Origin: Flavobacteriales bacterium
Lineage (GTDB): Bacteria > Bacteroidota > Bacteroidia > Flavobacteriales_F > PHOS-HE28
Assembly (NCBI GenBank): GCA_046306055.1
Contig: JBKDXR010000085.1
Coordinates: forward strand, 3,774 to 67,773
DNA length: 64,000 bases
Direction of reading: 5' to 3'
The first letter of the stretch is position 1. The number at the start of each line of letters is the position of its first letter. Shown piece after piece: positions 55,461 through 64,000 of this stretch. The notes under the pieces were generated by a model. It was not told the origin of the DNA and searched no databases. It saw only the letters and a list, made by a program, of their open reading frames with translations. The position numbers and the translations under genes are program-made.

Positions 55461-56788
55461 GCATCGCCAATATCCTCTTCCTGCTGCTGCTCGCCGGTGC
55501 CGTGGCCCTGTTCGCTCGCAACCTGGGCCGGGTGGTCCGCAACATCCGATTGGGCCGCGATCAGGACATCAGCGACCACAAGGCCGAACGCTGGGGTGTA
55601 ATGGCCCGCGTCGCCCTCGGTCAGAGCAAGATGGTGGTGCGCCCGGTGGCCGGCATCATGCACATCCTCATCTACGTGGGCTTCGTCATTATCAATATCG
55701 AGGTCCTCGAGATCATCATCGACGGCATCTTCGGTACGCACCGCATCGGCTCCTTCCTCGGCGGCTTCTACGACTTTCTCATCGGCAGCTTCGAGATCCT
55801 GGCGGTGGGCGTGCTGCTGGCCTGTGTGGTCTTTATTGCGCGTCGCGCCGTGCTGCAACTGCCTCGCTTCCACAAGCCCGAGATGAAGGGCTGGCCTTCG
55901 AAGGATGCGATGATCATCCTGGTGGTGGAGATCCTGTTGATGGGGGCCTTCCTCACGATGAACGCCGCTGACCACACGCTGCAGCAATTGGGTGATGAAC
56001 ACTATCCCACGGCCGGTTCCTACCCGGTGAGCGCAGGGGTCGCCGCAACACTTGACCTCATCGATCTCCAACCCTCGACGCTTGTCCTGATCGAACGCAC
56101 CGCCTGGTGGTTCCACATCCTGGGGATCCTCGCCTTCCTGAACTACCTCCCGTATAGCAAGCATTTCCACATCATCCTGGCCTTTCCCAACACGTGGTAC
56201 AGCAAACTGGAGCCGCGCACGCAGGTGAGCAACATGCCGCGCATCACGGGCGAGGTGAAGAGCATGCTCGACCCTTCGGTCGCCCCGCCGGAACCAGCCC
56301 CGGCGCGTACGGTGGCCGGTGTGGAAATGCCCGAGCGCTTCGGGGCCAAGGACGTGTTCGATCTGAGCTGGAAGAGCCTGATGGACGCTTATAGCTGCAC
56401 CGAATGCGGCCGATGCACCAGCGAATGCCCCGCCAACCTCACGGGCAAGCTGCTGAGCCCGCGCAAGATCATGATGGACACCCGCGACCGCCTGGAGGAA
56501 GTGGGCAGGGTGATCGATGCGAAAGGCAAGTGGGAGGACGATGGCAACAGTCTCCACACGCGGATCACGGAAGAGGAACTGTGGGCATGCACCACCTGCA
56601 ACGCCTGCACCCAGGCCTGTCCGGTGAACATCGATCCAGTGAACATCATCATGGAGATGCGGCGCTATAAAGTGATGGAGGAGAGCAGCACGCGACCTGC
56701 GCTCACCGGTATGTTCAACAATGTGGAGAACAACGGCGCACCTTGGGCCTTCGGTCCCGATCAGCGCATGAAATGGACGGAATCGTGA
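55457..56788 (+). CDS. Membrane-bound Fe-S oxidoreductase (FadF/HdrE-C-like N-terminal half)
   Basis: TM helices, SKHFHI, two 4Fe-4S motifs CTECGRCTSECP and CTTCNACTQACP. Confidence 0.9.
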   Translation: MSIANILFLLLLAGAVALFARNLGRVVRNIRLGRDQDISDHKAERWGVMARVALGQSKMVVRPVAGIMHILIYVGFVIINIEVLEIIIDGIFGTHRIGSFLGGFYDFLIGSFEILAVGVLLACVVFIARRAVLQLPRFHKPEMKGWPSKDAMIILVVEILLMGAFLTMNAADHTLQQLGDEHYPTAGSYPVSAGVAATLDLIDLQPSTLVLIERTAWWFHILGILAFLNYLPYSKHFHIILAFPNTWYSKLEPRTQVSNMPRITGEVKSMLDPSVAPPEPAPARTVAGVEMPERFGAKDVFDLSWKSLMDAYSCTECGRCTSECPANLTGKLLSPRKIMMDTRDRLEEVGRVIDAKGKWEDDGNSLHTRITEEELWACTTCNACTQACPVNIDPVNIIMEMRRYKVMEESSTRPALTGMFNNVENNGAPWAFGPDQRMKWTES

Positions 56789-57579
56789 TGAATACCCAGG
56801 TCCACGTCCCCACCATGGCCGAATTCGCCGCCACTGGCGAAGTGCCCGAGGTTTTGTTCTGGGTCGGCTGCGCCGGTAGTTTCGACGACCGCGCCCGCAA
56901 GATCACCAAGGCCTTCGTCCGCATCCTGAACGCGGCGAACGTGAAGTTCGCGGTACTGGGGCAGGAGGAGACCTGCACCGGAGATCCCGCGCGACGTGCC
57001 GGCAACGAGTTCCTGTTCCAGATGCAGGCGTTGCAGAACGTCACCGTGCTCAATGGTTATGGCGTGAAGCGCATCGTGACCGCCTGCCCGCATTGCTTCA
57101 ACACCTTGAAGAACGAGTACCCTTCACTGGGTGGCACTTATGAAGTGCTGCATCACACGCAGTTCATCAACGCGCTATTGAAGGAGGGCCGGATCAAAGT
57201 GGAGGGCGGCGACTTCAAGGGCAAGCGGATCACGTTCCACGATCCCTGCTACCTCGGCAGAGGCAACAACGAGTACGAGGCCCCGCGCGAAGTGCTGCTG
57301 AAACTGGACGCCGCGCTGGTGGAGCTGAAACGCAGCAAACAGAACGGCCTGTGCTGCGGAGCGGGCGGCGCGCAGATGTTCAAGGAGGCCGAGCCCGGCA
57401 CGCGTGAAGTGAACCACGAGCGCAGCGAGGAGGCCTTGGGCGTGAAGCCCGACATCATTGCCGCAGGTTGCCCCTTCTGCAATACCATGCTCACCGATGG
57501 TGTGAAGCACTTCAATAAGGAGGGCGAGGTGGTGGTGAAGGATGTGGCCGAGCTGATCGCGGAGGCGGGGGAGCTCTGA
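56788..57579 (+). CDS. CCG-domain Fe-S protein (FadF/HdrD-like C-terminal half)
   Basis: FWVGC, CTGD, TACPHC, HDPCYLGR, CCGAGG, GCPFC. Confidence 0.92.
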   Translation: MNTQVHVPTMAEFAATGEVPEVLFWVGCAGSFDDRARKITKAFVRILNAANVKFAVLGQEETCTGDPARRAGNEFLFQMQALQNVTVLNGYGVKRIVTACPHCFNTLKNEYPSLGGTYEVLHHTQFINALLKEGRIKVEGGDFKGKRITFHDPCYLGRGNNEYEAPREVLLKLDAALVELKRSKQNGLCCGAGGAQMFKEAEPGTREVNHERSEEALGVKPDIIAAGCPFCNTMLTDGVKHFNKEGEVVVKDVAELIAEAGEL

Positions 57580-57604
57580 TCAACCCATTTATCCCATCCT
57601 CGCC

Positions 57605-58228
57605 ATGCTGATCGAGGAACTCTTCCGGAAGACGTTGGACAGGGCTGGTGCCGATCCGGAAGTGTCCACCGTGCTTTGGGCCGAGGTTGCCCGTGAATGT
57701 TCGGGCAAGGGACGCTACTACCACACGCTCGATCATCTGGAGCACATGGCACGCGTTCTTTCGCCTTATTTGTACGTGATGGAGGATGCCGATGCCGTGG
57801 TGCTTGCCATCGCCTACCACGACATCGTTTACAAGGTGACCCGCTCGGACAATGAACAGCGCAGTGCCGACCTGATGCGGGCAAGACTGAGGCCGCTGGG
57901 CGTGAGCATGGAACGCCTGCAGCGAGTGGAGGAGCACATCCTCGCCACCAAGGCCCACGGATCAACTGCTGAGCCCGATACGGCCTACCTCTGCGATGCC
58001 GACCTGGCGGTTCTGGGAGCTTCTCCAGAGGCGTATGCGTTGTATGCTTCGGCGGTGCGCAAAGAGTACCGCCGCTATCCCGATCTGCTCTATAGGCCGG
58101 GACGGCGCAAGGTGCTGCGTCATTTCCTCGGAATGCCGGTCATCTATCGCATACCCGCTTTCAGGGAACAGTTCGAGAGCGCGGCGCGCAGGAACCTTGC
58201 CAACGAACTGAACGCGCTGGGCGGATAG
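57605..58228 (+). CDS. HD-superfamily metal-dependent hydrolase (COG4339-like)
   Basis: RYYHTLDH, YHDIVY, NEQRSA, ILATKAH, DADLAVLG, VRKEY. Confidence 0.88.
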   Translation: MLIEELFRKTLDRAGADPEVSTVLWAEVARECSGKGRYYHTLDHLEHMARVLSPYLYVMEDADAVVLAIAYHDIVYKVTRSDNEQRSADLMRARLRPLGVSMERLQRVEEHILATKAHGSTAEPDTAYLCDADLAVLGASPEAYALYASAVRKEYRRYPDLLYRPGRRKVLRHFLGMPVIYRIPAFREQFESAARRNLANELNALGG

Positions 58229-58244
58229 CAGTACCCGGGAACAA

Positions 58245-58277
58245 CAAGGGCCGCGATCTTCATGATCACGGCCCTTG
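58245..58277. terminator. Hairpin between convergent genes
   Basis: CAAGGGCCGCGATC-ttcat-GATCACGGCCCTTG. Confidence 0.75.
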
Positions 58278-58295
58278 AAAACGCACTGCTCAAGG

Positions 58296-61200
58296 CTATT
58301 GCCCCAACAACACCTTCACCGCCTCTTCCAACTGCTGGTCGCGACCCGTGCTCACAGCACCCGGCTCCAGGGCCTGCTTCACATCGGGGTCGAGCTGTTG
58401 GTTCTCCAGGTAGTTACCGTTGTTGTCGATCATGCCCACTTGGGGGATGCCGAACCACATGCCGTTCTGCAGGCCCTCCCACCACACGGCTGTGCCGGTT
58501 CCGGCCACGGGCATGCCCACCAGCTTGCCGATGCCGAGCGCGCGGTAGGTCACCGGGAACATGTGCGCATCGCTGTAGTTGCCTTCGCTCATCACCACCA
58601 CGCTGGGACGCTGCCATTTGAACTGGGGCTCGGTGCCCAGCCTCTGGCCACGTGGCTCGAAGCGCATATAGGTCTTGCCGTTCAGGAAGGTGGCCAGGTC
58701 ATCATGCAGCCAGCCTCCACCGTTGAACCGCGTGTCCACCACGAGCCCTTTCCGATCATGGTAGCGGCCAAGGGCCTCTTCGTACACCACACGGAAGCTC
58801 TGGTCGTCCATGCCTTCCACATGCACGTAGCCGAGCTGGCCCTTGCTCAGGCTGTCCACGATGTGGCGGCTGCGTTCCACCCAACGCTGGTAGAGGAGGT
58901 CCGTCTCTGCACCGAGCCCGATGGGCTTCACGATCTCTTCCCAACGGGTGTTGGTCTTGGGGTCGTGCAGGGCGAGCAGCGTGGGCTTTCCGGCCTTGCG
59001 GTTCAGCAGTCGGGCCGGGTCGATGTCCGGTGTAAGGGCTTGTCCGTCGATCTGTTCGATCACGATGCCGGGTCGCACTTTGCTGCCCTCCTTGAGCACA
59101 GGGCTGCGCGGCAACAGTTCGGCCACCAGCAGGCCGGGTCCATCATGTGGCGCGTACAACAGGCCCAGGGCGGCGGTCTGGTCGTCCGTGGGTTCCGAAT
59201 GGCGGTAGCCGGCCCCCGTGTGCGAGGCGTTCAGTTCGCCCAGCATCTCGCTGAGCAGTTCGGCCATGTCGTAGTTGTTGTTGATGTCCGGCACGAAGCG
59301 CTGGTATTCCTTCTTGTAGAGGTCCCAATCCACGCCCTGCAGGTCCACACGATAGAACTTCTTCTTCACCTGGCGCCACACGTGCTCGAAGAGGTAGGCC
59401 CGCTCGGCGTTCTCGTTCAGGGTCATTTCCCCGTTCACGCTCACGCCCTTCATTTCGCTCTTCTCGATGTCGTAGCGCGAAATGCTGCCATTGTTGATGA
59501 AGTAGAGGTTCTTGCCCTCCTTGTCGATCTTCAGGTCGCCGGCCCAGCCTGCGCCCAGTTTGCTGATGATCTTGGTCTCCCGGGTGCGCAGTTCGGTCTG
59601 CCACAGGTCGAAGCCCTTCTCGAAGGGGGTGAGGTAGTAGAGCTTCTCGGCATCCTTGCTCAGCACGGCCGCGCTCAGGTTGCTGGAGTGCACGGTCAGA
59701 CGGACCTTGCGGTCGTACAGGCCGTCCATCTCGATCTTCACGGGCTTCACCTCCTCCTTCTTGTCGGACTTTTCTTCCTTCTTGCCTTTCTCGTCCTTCT
59801 TGTCCTTTTCGCCTTTTTCGGTCTCCTCGGTTTTCTTCTCGGCCTCTTTGACCAGTTCGAGCTCTTCCTTGTTCAGTTTGTACCGGTCATAGGCCTGCCG
59901 CGTCAGGAAGAGGGCGTACACGTTTGACTGACCGCCCCAGCTGGCGTGGTTCTTCATGCCATCACGCGAGCTGTAGAAGTAGACCGCTGAACCATCGGCC
60001 GACCATTCCGGGTGGTAGCCACCGTAGCCGCTGCGTGTCAGGTCGATCACGTCCTGCTTGCCATCGGCATTGATGATGCCCACCTGGTTGATCCATTGTT
60101 CCTTGTTCAGGAACTCCACCAGGAACCACTTGCTGTCCGGGCTCCAGCTGTACCACTGGTCGCCATCGGCATAGCTGTAGTTGCGTACGGCGGGCAGCAC
60201 GGTCCGTGTCTGCTTGGTGGCGATGTTGAGCGCCTTCAGGGTCGTTCGCTCCTCGAGGTAGGCCACTTCCTTTCCATCGGGCGAGTAGGTGGCTTGGAAT
60301 TCCTCGGCGGGCGTGGCCAGCAGGGCTTCCTCCTTCAGCAGGGTGGCATTGAAGAAGTAGGGCTCCTCCTTGCGCACGATGCTTGTGATGTACAGGTCCC
60401 AGCTGCCGCCGCGTTCGGTGGCGTACAACAGGGTGCGTCCATCAGGGCTCCAGCTCACGGAGCGTTCCTGTTCGGGTGTATTCGTCACACGGCGCGTGGT
60501 CCCCTCCAACGAGCTCACGAAGACCTCCCCACGATGAATGAAGGCCATTTCCTTGCCGTTGGGCGAAGGCATCACCTCCGAGATGTCATCGTTCACCTTC
60601 ACCGTGCGTTCGGGCAGATAGCGGCCATCGCTGTGGGTGCTGATCTCCACCTTCACAGGCGTGCCTCCGTCCGTGAGGGAGTGAATGTCACCCCGGTAGG
60701 TGAAGCAGAGCGTGCCGGTATTGCTCATGCTGAGTGAACGTACGGGATGGTCTTTCAGGAAGCTCACCTGTGTGCTGGCTCCGCCCGTGCTGGGCATCTT
60801 GTGCACGTTGTACGATCCCTTCTCTTCCGTGAGGTAGTAGATGGTGGACCCGTCGAGGTTGAACACGGGGTCGCGGTCCTCGCCCGCGAACGTGGTCAGT
60901 TGCTTGTACGCCTTGGTCTTCGGGTCGAAGGTCCAGATGTCGCGTGTAACGCTGCTGGTGTGATGCTTGCGGTAGTTGTCCTCGTAACCCTTGCGGTCGT
61001 GGTACACGATCACGTTGCCTGCTGCGTTGTATCGTGCGCTCTGCATGGCAATGGTGCTCACCTGTACCGGGCGGCCGCCTTTCGCAGGCACGCTGTACAG
61101 TTCGCCGAGTCCGCCCACCGGGAATTGCTGGTGACGGACATCATCCTGGCGGTGGCCATAGAAAAGCACATTGGCGCCATCGGGCGAGAAACCGCTGGGT

Positions 61201-61535
61201 GTCTCGGAACTGCTGTGGTAGGTAAGCCGTGTGGCCGGTCCACCGCTTGATGGCATCACGAATACATCATTGTTCCCATGCCGCGTGCTCGCGAAGGCGA
61301 TCTGCTTCCCATCGGGGCTCCAGACCGGCGTGTGGTCATAGGCATCGTTGATGGTAAGAACGGTGGCCTCGCCTCCGCCGGTGGGCACGCGCCAGATATC
61401 GCCTTGGTAGCAGAAGGCGATGGTATTGCCGTCCGGCGAAATGGCGGGCTGCCGTAACCAGCGGTCGGCCTGTTGGGCCTGAAGTCCTCCGAAAAGCGCG
61501 AGGGTGGCTAGAAGAAGGTGCGGACGTTGGGTCAT
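58296..61535 (-). CDS. Tricorn-like S41 peptidase (PD40 propellers, PDZ, S41)
   Basis: PAISPDG, repeated WSPDG, MLGELNASHT, VDTRFNGGG, NYSDAH catalytic motif, DQQLEEAV. Confidence 0.93.
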   Translation of the reverse strand: MTQRPHLLLATLALFGGLQAQQADRWLRQPAISPDGNTIAFCYQGDIWRVPTGGGEATVLTINDAYDHTPVWSPDGKQIAFASTRHGNNDVFVMPSSGGPATRLTYHSSSETPSGFSPDGANVLFYGHRQDDVRHQQFPVGGLGELYSVPAKGGRPVQVSTIAMQSARYNAAGNVIVYHDRKGYEDNYRKHHTSSVTRDIWTFDPKTKAYKQLTTFAGEDRDPVFNLDGSTIYYLTEEKGSYNVHKMPSTGGASTQVSFLKDHPVRSLSMSNTGTLCFTYRGDIHSLTDGGTPVKVEISTHSDGRYLPERTVKVNDDISEVMPSPNGKEMAFIHRGEVFVSSLEGTTRRVTNTPEQERSVSWSPDGRTLLYATERGGSWDLYITSIVRKEEPYFFNATLLKEEALLATPAEEFQATYSPDGKEVAYLEERTTLKALNIATKQTRTVLPAVRNYSYADGDQWYSWSPDSKWFLVEFLNKEQWINQVGIINADGKQDVIDLTRSGYGGYHPEWSADGSAVYFYSSRDGMKNHASWGGQSNVYALFLTRQAYDRYKLNKEELELVKEAEKKTEETEKGEKDKKDEKGKKEEKSDKKEEVKPVKIEMDGLYDRKVRLTVHSSNLSAAVLSKDAEKLYYLTPFEKGFDLWQTELRTRETKIISKLGAGWAGDLKIDKEGKNLYFINNGSISRYDIEKSEMKGVSVNGEMTLNENAERAYLFEHVWRQVKKKFYRVDLQGVDWDLYKKEYQRFVPDINNNYDMAELLSEMLGELNASHTGAGYRHSEPTDDQTAALGLLYAPHDGPGLLVAELLPRSPVLKEGSKVRPGIVIEQIDGQALTPDIDPARLLNRKAGKPTLLALHDPKTNTRWEEIVKPIGLGAETDLLYQRWVERSRHIVDSLSKGQLGYVHVEGMDDQSFRVVYEEALGRYHDRKGLVVDTRFNGGGWLHDDLATFLNGKTYMRFEPRGQRLGTEPQFKWQRPSVVVMSEGNYSDAHMFPVTYRALGIGKLVGMPVAGTGTAVWWEGLQNGMWFGIPQVGMIDNNGNYLENQQLDPDVKQALEPGAVSTGRDQQLEEAVKVLLGQ

Positions 61536-61618
61536 GCAGCGAAGTAAGCGGATCTGATCGGCTTTTCGTGGCGTGATGGAACGTTCGGTCATTCGCTCGA
61601 GATCACCAACTTTGTACC

Positions 61619-62116
61619 ATGCAAACGCAGCACGCCAACCGCACCCTCGGCACCATGCCCGCTCATGCCCGCACGTGGATCTACAAGGCACCACGCACGT
61701 TGGGCCAGGCTGAACAGCGTCTTGTGCGTGAGCGTGGCGCCGAGTTCACCGAGGGCTGGGCCGCGCACGGTTCGCCCTTGGACGCCTGTGTGGATGTGCT
61801 GCACGATCGCTTCGTGGTGATCGCGGTGGATGAGGAGCAGGCCCTGGCCAGTGGCTGCAGCATCGACAAGAGCGTGGCCTTCATCAAGCGCCTGGAGCAT
61901 GACCTGAAACTGATGCTCACCGACCGTATGGTGGTGGTGTATGAACAGGATGGTCACATCCGCAGTTGCCGGTTGCAGGAATTGCCCGAGCTGCTGAAGA
62001 GCGGGACGATAACGGGTGATACGATCATATTCGATGACCTGGTATCCACCGTGTGTGAGCTTCGTGAACGTTTCAGGGTCCCCTTGCGCGCCAGTTGGAT
62101 GGAGCGGTTCCTTTAG
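61619..62116 (+). CDS. Conserved Bacteroidota hypothetical protein (often mis-labelled ABC transporter ATPase)
   Basis: RTWIY, WAAHG, ASGCSIDKSV, FDDLV; no Walker A. Confidence 0.85.
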   Translation: MQTQHANRTLGTMPAHARTWIYKAPRTLGQAEQRLVRERGAEFTEGWAAHGSPLDACVDVLHDRFVVIAVDEEQALASGCSIDKSVAFIKRLEHDLKLMLTDRMVVVYEQDGHIRSCRLQELPELLKSGTITGDTIIFDDLVSTVCELRERFRVPLRASWMERFL

Positions 62117-62628
62117 CGATAACCGATCACCTGCACATACGCGGGATCAAAGAAGAGGGGATGGCTCGGCCCTTTGGCGGGGTTGTTCATGCGGTAGATG
62201 CCGGCCTCCACGTCCATCATCAACACACGGTCGAAGGTGCGTGGCGCATAGGCATCGGGCACCAGTACACTGTCCTCCAGTAAAGTCCATTCCCCTAGAC
62301 CTTCCAAGCGCTCGCTGTTGGCCAATGTGTACAAGCGGGTGGCGTTTTTGATCTGTAGGTAGTAGGGGCTGTGTTCGCGCCTGCCGATGCGGGTGAACAC
62401 GGTGCCTTTCAAACGCTCAACGGTGGTCGTCGTGTGGTAATCCCTGTCCGTCCAGAGCAAGGTTCCCGCGCCTTCGTAAGGTGCTGTGGCCACGGCCTTG
62501 GCTTCGGTTGGCACTTTGTTCTCCGGAATGGCTTGTAGGTAGGGGGCGTGCTCGCGCCGTAGGACCGCCCATGCTACTACTGCTGCGGTGAACACCAGAG
62601 CGATCTTGAAAACTCCGCGACGGTCCAT
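62113..62628 (-). CDS. Membrane-anchored hypothetical protein
   Basis: N-terminal TM; WTDRDY motif. Confidence 0.65.
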   Translation of the reverse strand: MDRRGVFKIALVFTAAVVAWAVLRREHAPYLQAIPENKVPTEAKAVATAPYEGAGTLLWTDRDYHTTTTVERLKGTVFTRIGRREHSPYYLQIKNATRLYTLANSERLEGLGEWTLLEDSVLVPDAYAPRTFDRVLMMDVEAGIYRMNNPAKGPSHPLFFDPAYVQVIGYR

Positions 62629-62677
62629 GTTGACGCACCCTTATCCGGGCTCAATTTAGAGGCTCAAAGCAACGCAT

Positions 62678-63082
62678 ATGCGGACCGAGGCCGATCGATG
62701 GGTAGGGACATTGCTCCATGGGTGGGTGGAAGTGCTCACGCTGTTCCTGTTGTTGGTGGTGATGCTTGCCTTGGTGGGCTGGGCCTGGAACAGGGGCTTT
62801 CGTCCGGCCGACCGTGGTCCGCTGGTGTTGTGGTCGTTGTTGGTGGCGGCTTTCGGTCTCGTGCTCGTGTTGCGCCACTTCGATCACGGGCTCGTGCCGG
62901 CCTTCATCATTGCCGGTGGCCTGGTCATGGGCGGTTTGCTTGGCCGAGCTATCGAACCACGTGGGCTCATCGTTCCCGTGTTGTTGGTAGCGACCCTGCT
63001 CGGTCTGGGGTTGGTGCTTAGCGCATTGGTCCTTTGCGTCGTACTGGTGTTGGTCCTGTTGATCAGCGCCCGATCACGATGA
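62678..63082 (+). CDS. Hydrophobic membrane protein
   Basis: Four to five TM segments; ATGA overlap with the downstream CotH gene. Confidence 0.7.
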   Translation: MRTEADRWVGTLLHGWVEVLTLFLLLVVMLALVGWAWNRGFRPADRGPLVLWSLLVAAFGLVLVLRHFDHGLVPAFIIAGGLVMGGLLGRAIEPRGLIVPVLLVATLLGLGLVLSALVLCVVLVLVLLISARSR

Positions 63083-64000
63083 GGATCAAGGGACAGCGAC
63101 AGGGTATCGTGTGGGCCGTGCTCGCCGGTGCGGTCGCCGTGTCGCTGATCGTGTTCGCTGCCATGCTGGGGCCCTTGCGTGCGGTGCACATCGCAGCATC
63201 GTCCTTCCTGTCCGTCGCGGTCGATGGGTTGGCCGAAGGAACAACAACGCATCACATTCCCGTGCTCGACATTTCCATGGATGAAGAGAAGCTGGACAGC
63301 CTTTCCGCCGATCTTCCGTGGAGCGGTGGGCGCAATGTACCTGCGGTCCTCCATCACAACGGCATCGATCACAAGGTGCGCTTCCGGTATCGAGGGGTAT
63401 ATGCCACTTCGCACTTTCTCGGGGGGAAACGGTCGTTCCGTCTGTCCATGAAGCGCAGTAATCCCTTTGCGCCCTATCGTAAGGTGAACGTGATCAACCC
63501 CAAGGCCTTCAACATGGTGAACGATCACCTGGCGGCTTTCGTGGGTGGCACCATGGGTGTGGCAGTGCCTTGGAACGAACTGGTCTTCGTCCGCATCAAC
63601 GATCGCGACCATGGCGTGATGGAGCTGTTCGAGCAAGTGGATGGCGACTTCGAGCGCAACCGTCACCTGGTCGATCACGAAGTGCCTGTGTACAAAGGCG
63701 ACTATCCGCCCATCACGGGTCGTGCGCTTACCAAGGGCCGGAGTTTGTGGACCAACGCTGCACATTGGGAATATGCATCCGAAGCGGATAGTACGTTGGC
63801 CCATGCCCGTCTGACATCGCTGGTCGATGCATTGCGTCCCGACGACCGGCCGTTGAGCGCTCGACGGGACTCGATCTCGCGCTCGGTTGACGTGGATGCC
63901 TTCCTGCGTTACCAGGCCGCCATTCTGCTGTTGAACACGCAGCATATTGATCAGTACCACAACCAATGGCTGGTGCTTGATCCACGCACGCAACGGTTCT
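63079..64000 (+). CDS. CotH kinase family protein (runs off the right edge; not in the ORF track)
   Basis: Manual translation: N-terminal TM, KVRFRYRG, KRSFRL, LVFVRIN...GVMELFEQ, DVDAFLRY. Confidence 0.8.
   Translation, partial: MRIKGQRQGIVWAVLAGAVAVSLIVFAAMLGPLRAVHIAASSFLSVAVDGLAEGTTTHHIPVLDISMDEEKLDSLSADLPWSGGRNVPAVLHHNGIDHKVRFRYRGVYATSHFLGGKRSFRLSMKRSNPFAPYRKVNVINPKAFNMVNDHLAAFVGGTMGVAVPWNELVFVRINDRDHGVMELFEQVDGDFERNRHLVDHEVPVYKGDYPPITGRALTKGRSLWTNAAHWEYASEADSTLAHARLTSLVDALRPDDRPLSARRDSISRSVDVDAFLRYQAAILLLNTQHIDQYHNQWLVLDPRTQRF

Noticed and set aside
61619-62116. ABC transporter ATPase
   Set aside because: No Walker A/B or signature motif; the common label for this family appears to be a mis-annotation.

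Overview
High-GC Bacteroidota chromosomal segment, probably Flavobacteriales-like (inferred from many T9SS C-terminal sorting domains, TAnnTTTG-type promoter boxes and the lptD-amidase-mlaD block). All family assignments come from motif recognition in the translations; no database searches were run. From left to right: (1) 0.9-6.6 kb, an expanded family of small secreted proteins sharing a Cys-containing domain, mostly preceded by a GAAC[CT]-N14-[AG]TGTACC motif and interrupted by rhuM plus a frameshifted dinD fragment. (2) 8.8-19.4 kb, a divergent TetR locus: tetR-icd-DUF6671-like on one side; a degenerate T1SS, CutA-like, TPR, MscS and SbtA-family genes on the other. This is a candidate inorganic-carbon module. 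(3) 19.4-23.8 kb, a lower-GC defence-like islet (XRE with palindromic operator, DUF2075 nuclease-helicase, HNH nuclease) followed by an 8 x 21-bp array. (4) 24-33 kb, T9SS cargo, a DUF4160/DUF2442 pair, two CsbD-like genes, a 160-bp palindromic element, an OMP with one in-frame stop, and a duplicated ~345-bp hairpin-rich non-coding element with compensatory substitutions. (5) 33.5-38.6 kb, a secreted sulfotransferase-like/CotH kinase/propeller operon. (6) 39-64 kb, mostly core genes, plus an orphan Pycsar-type effector and a DUF1800/DUF1501 pair. No rRNA, tRNA, CRISPR array, integrase or transposase was recognised.
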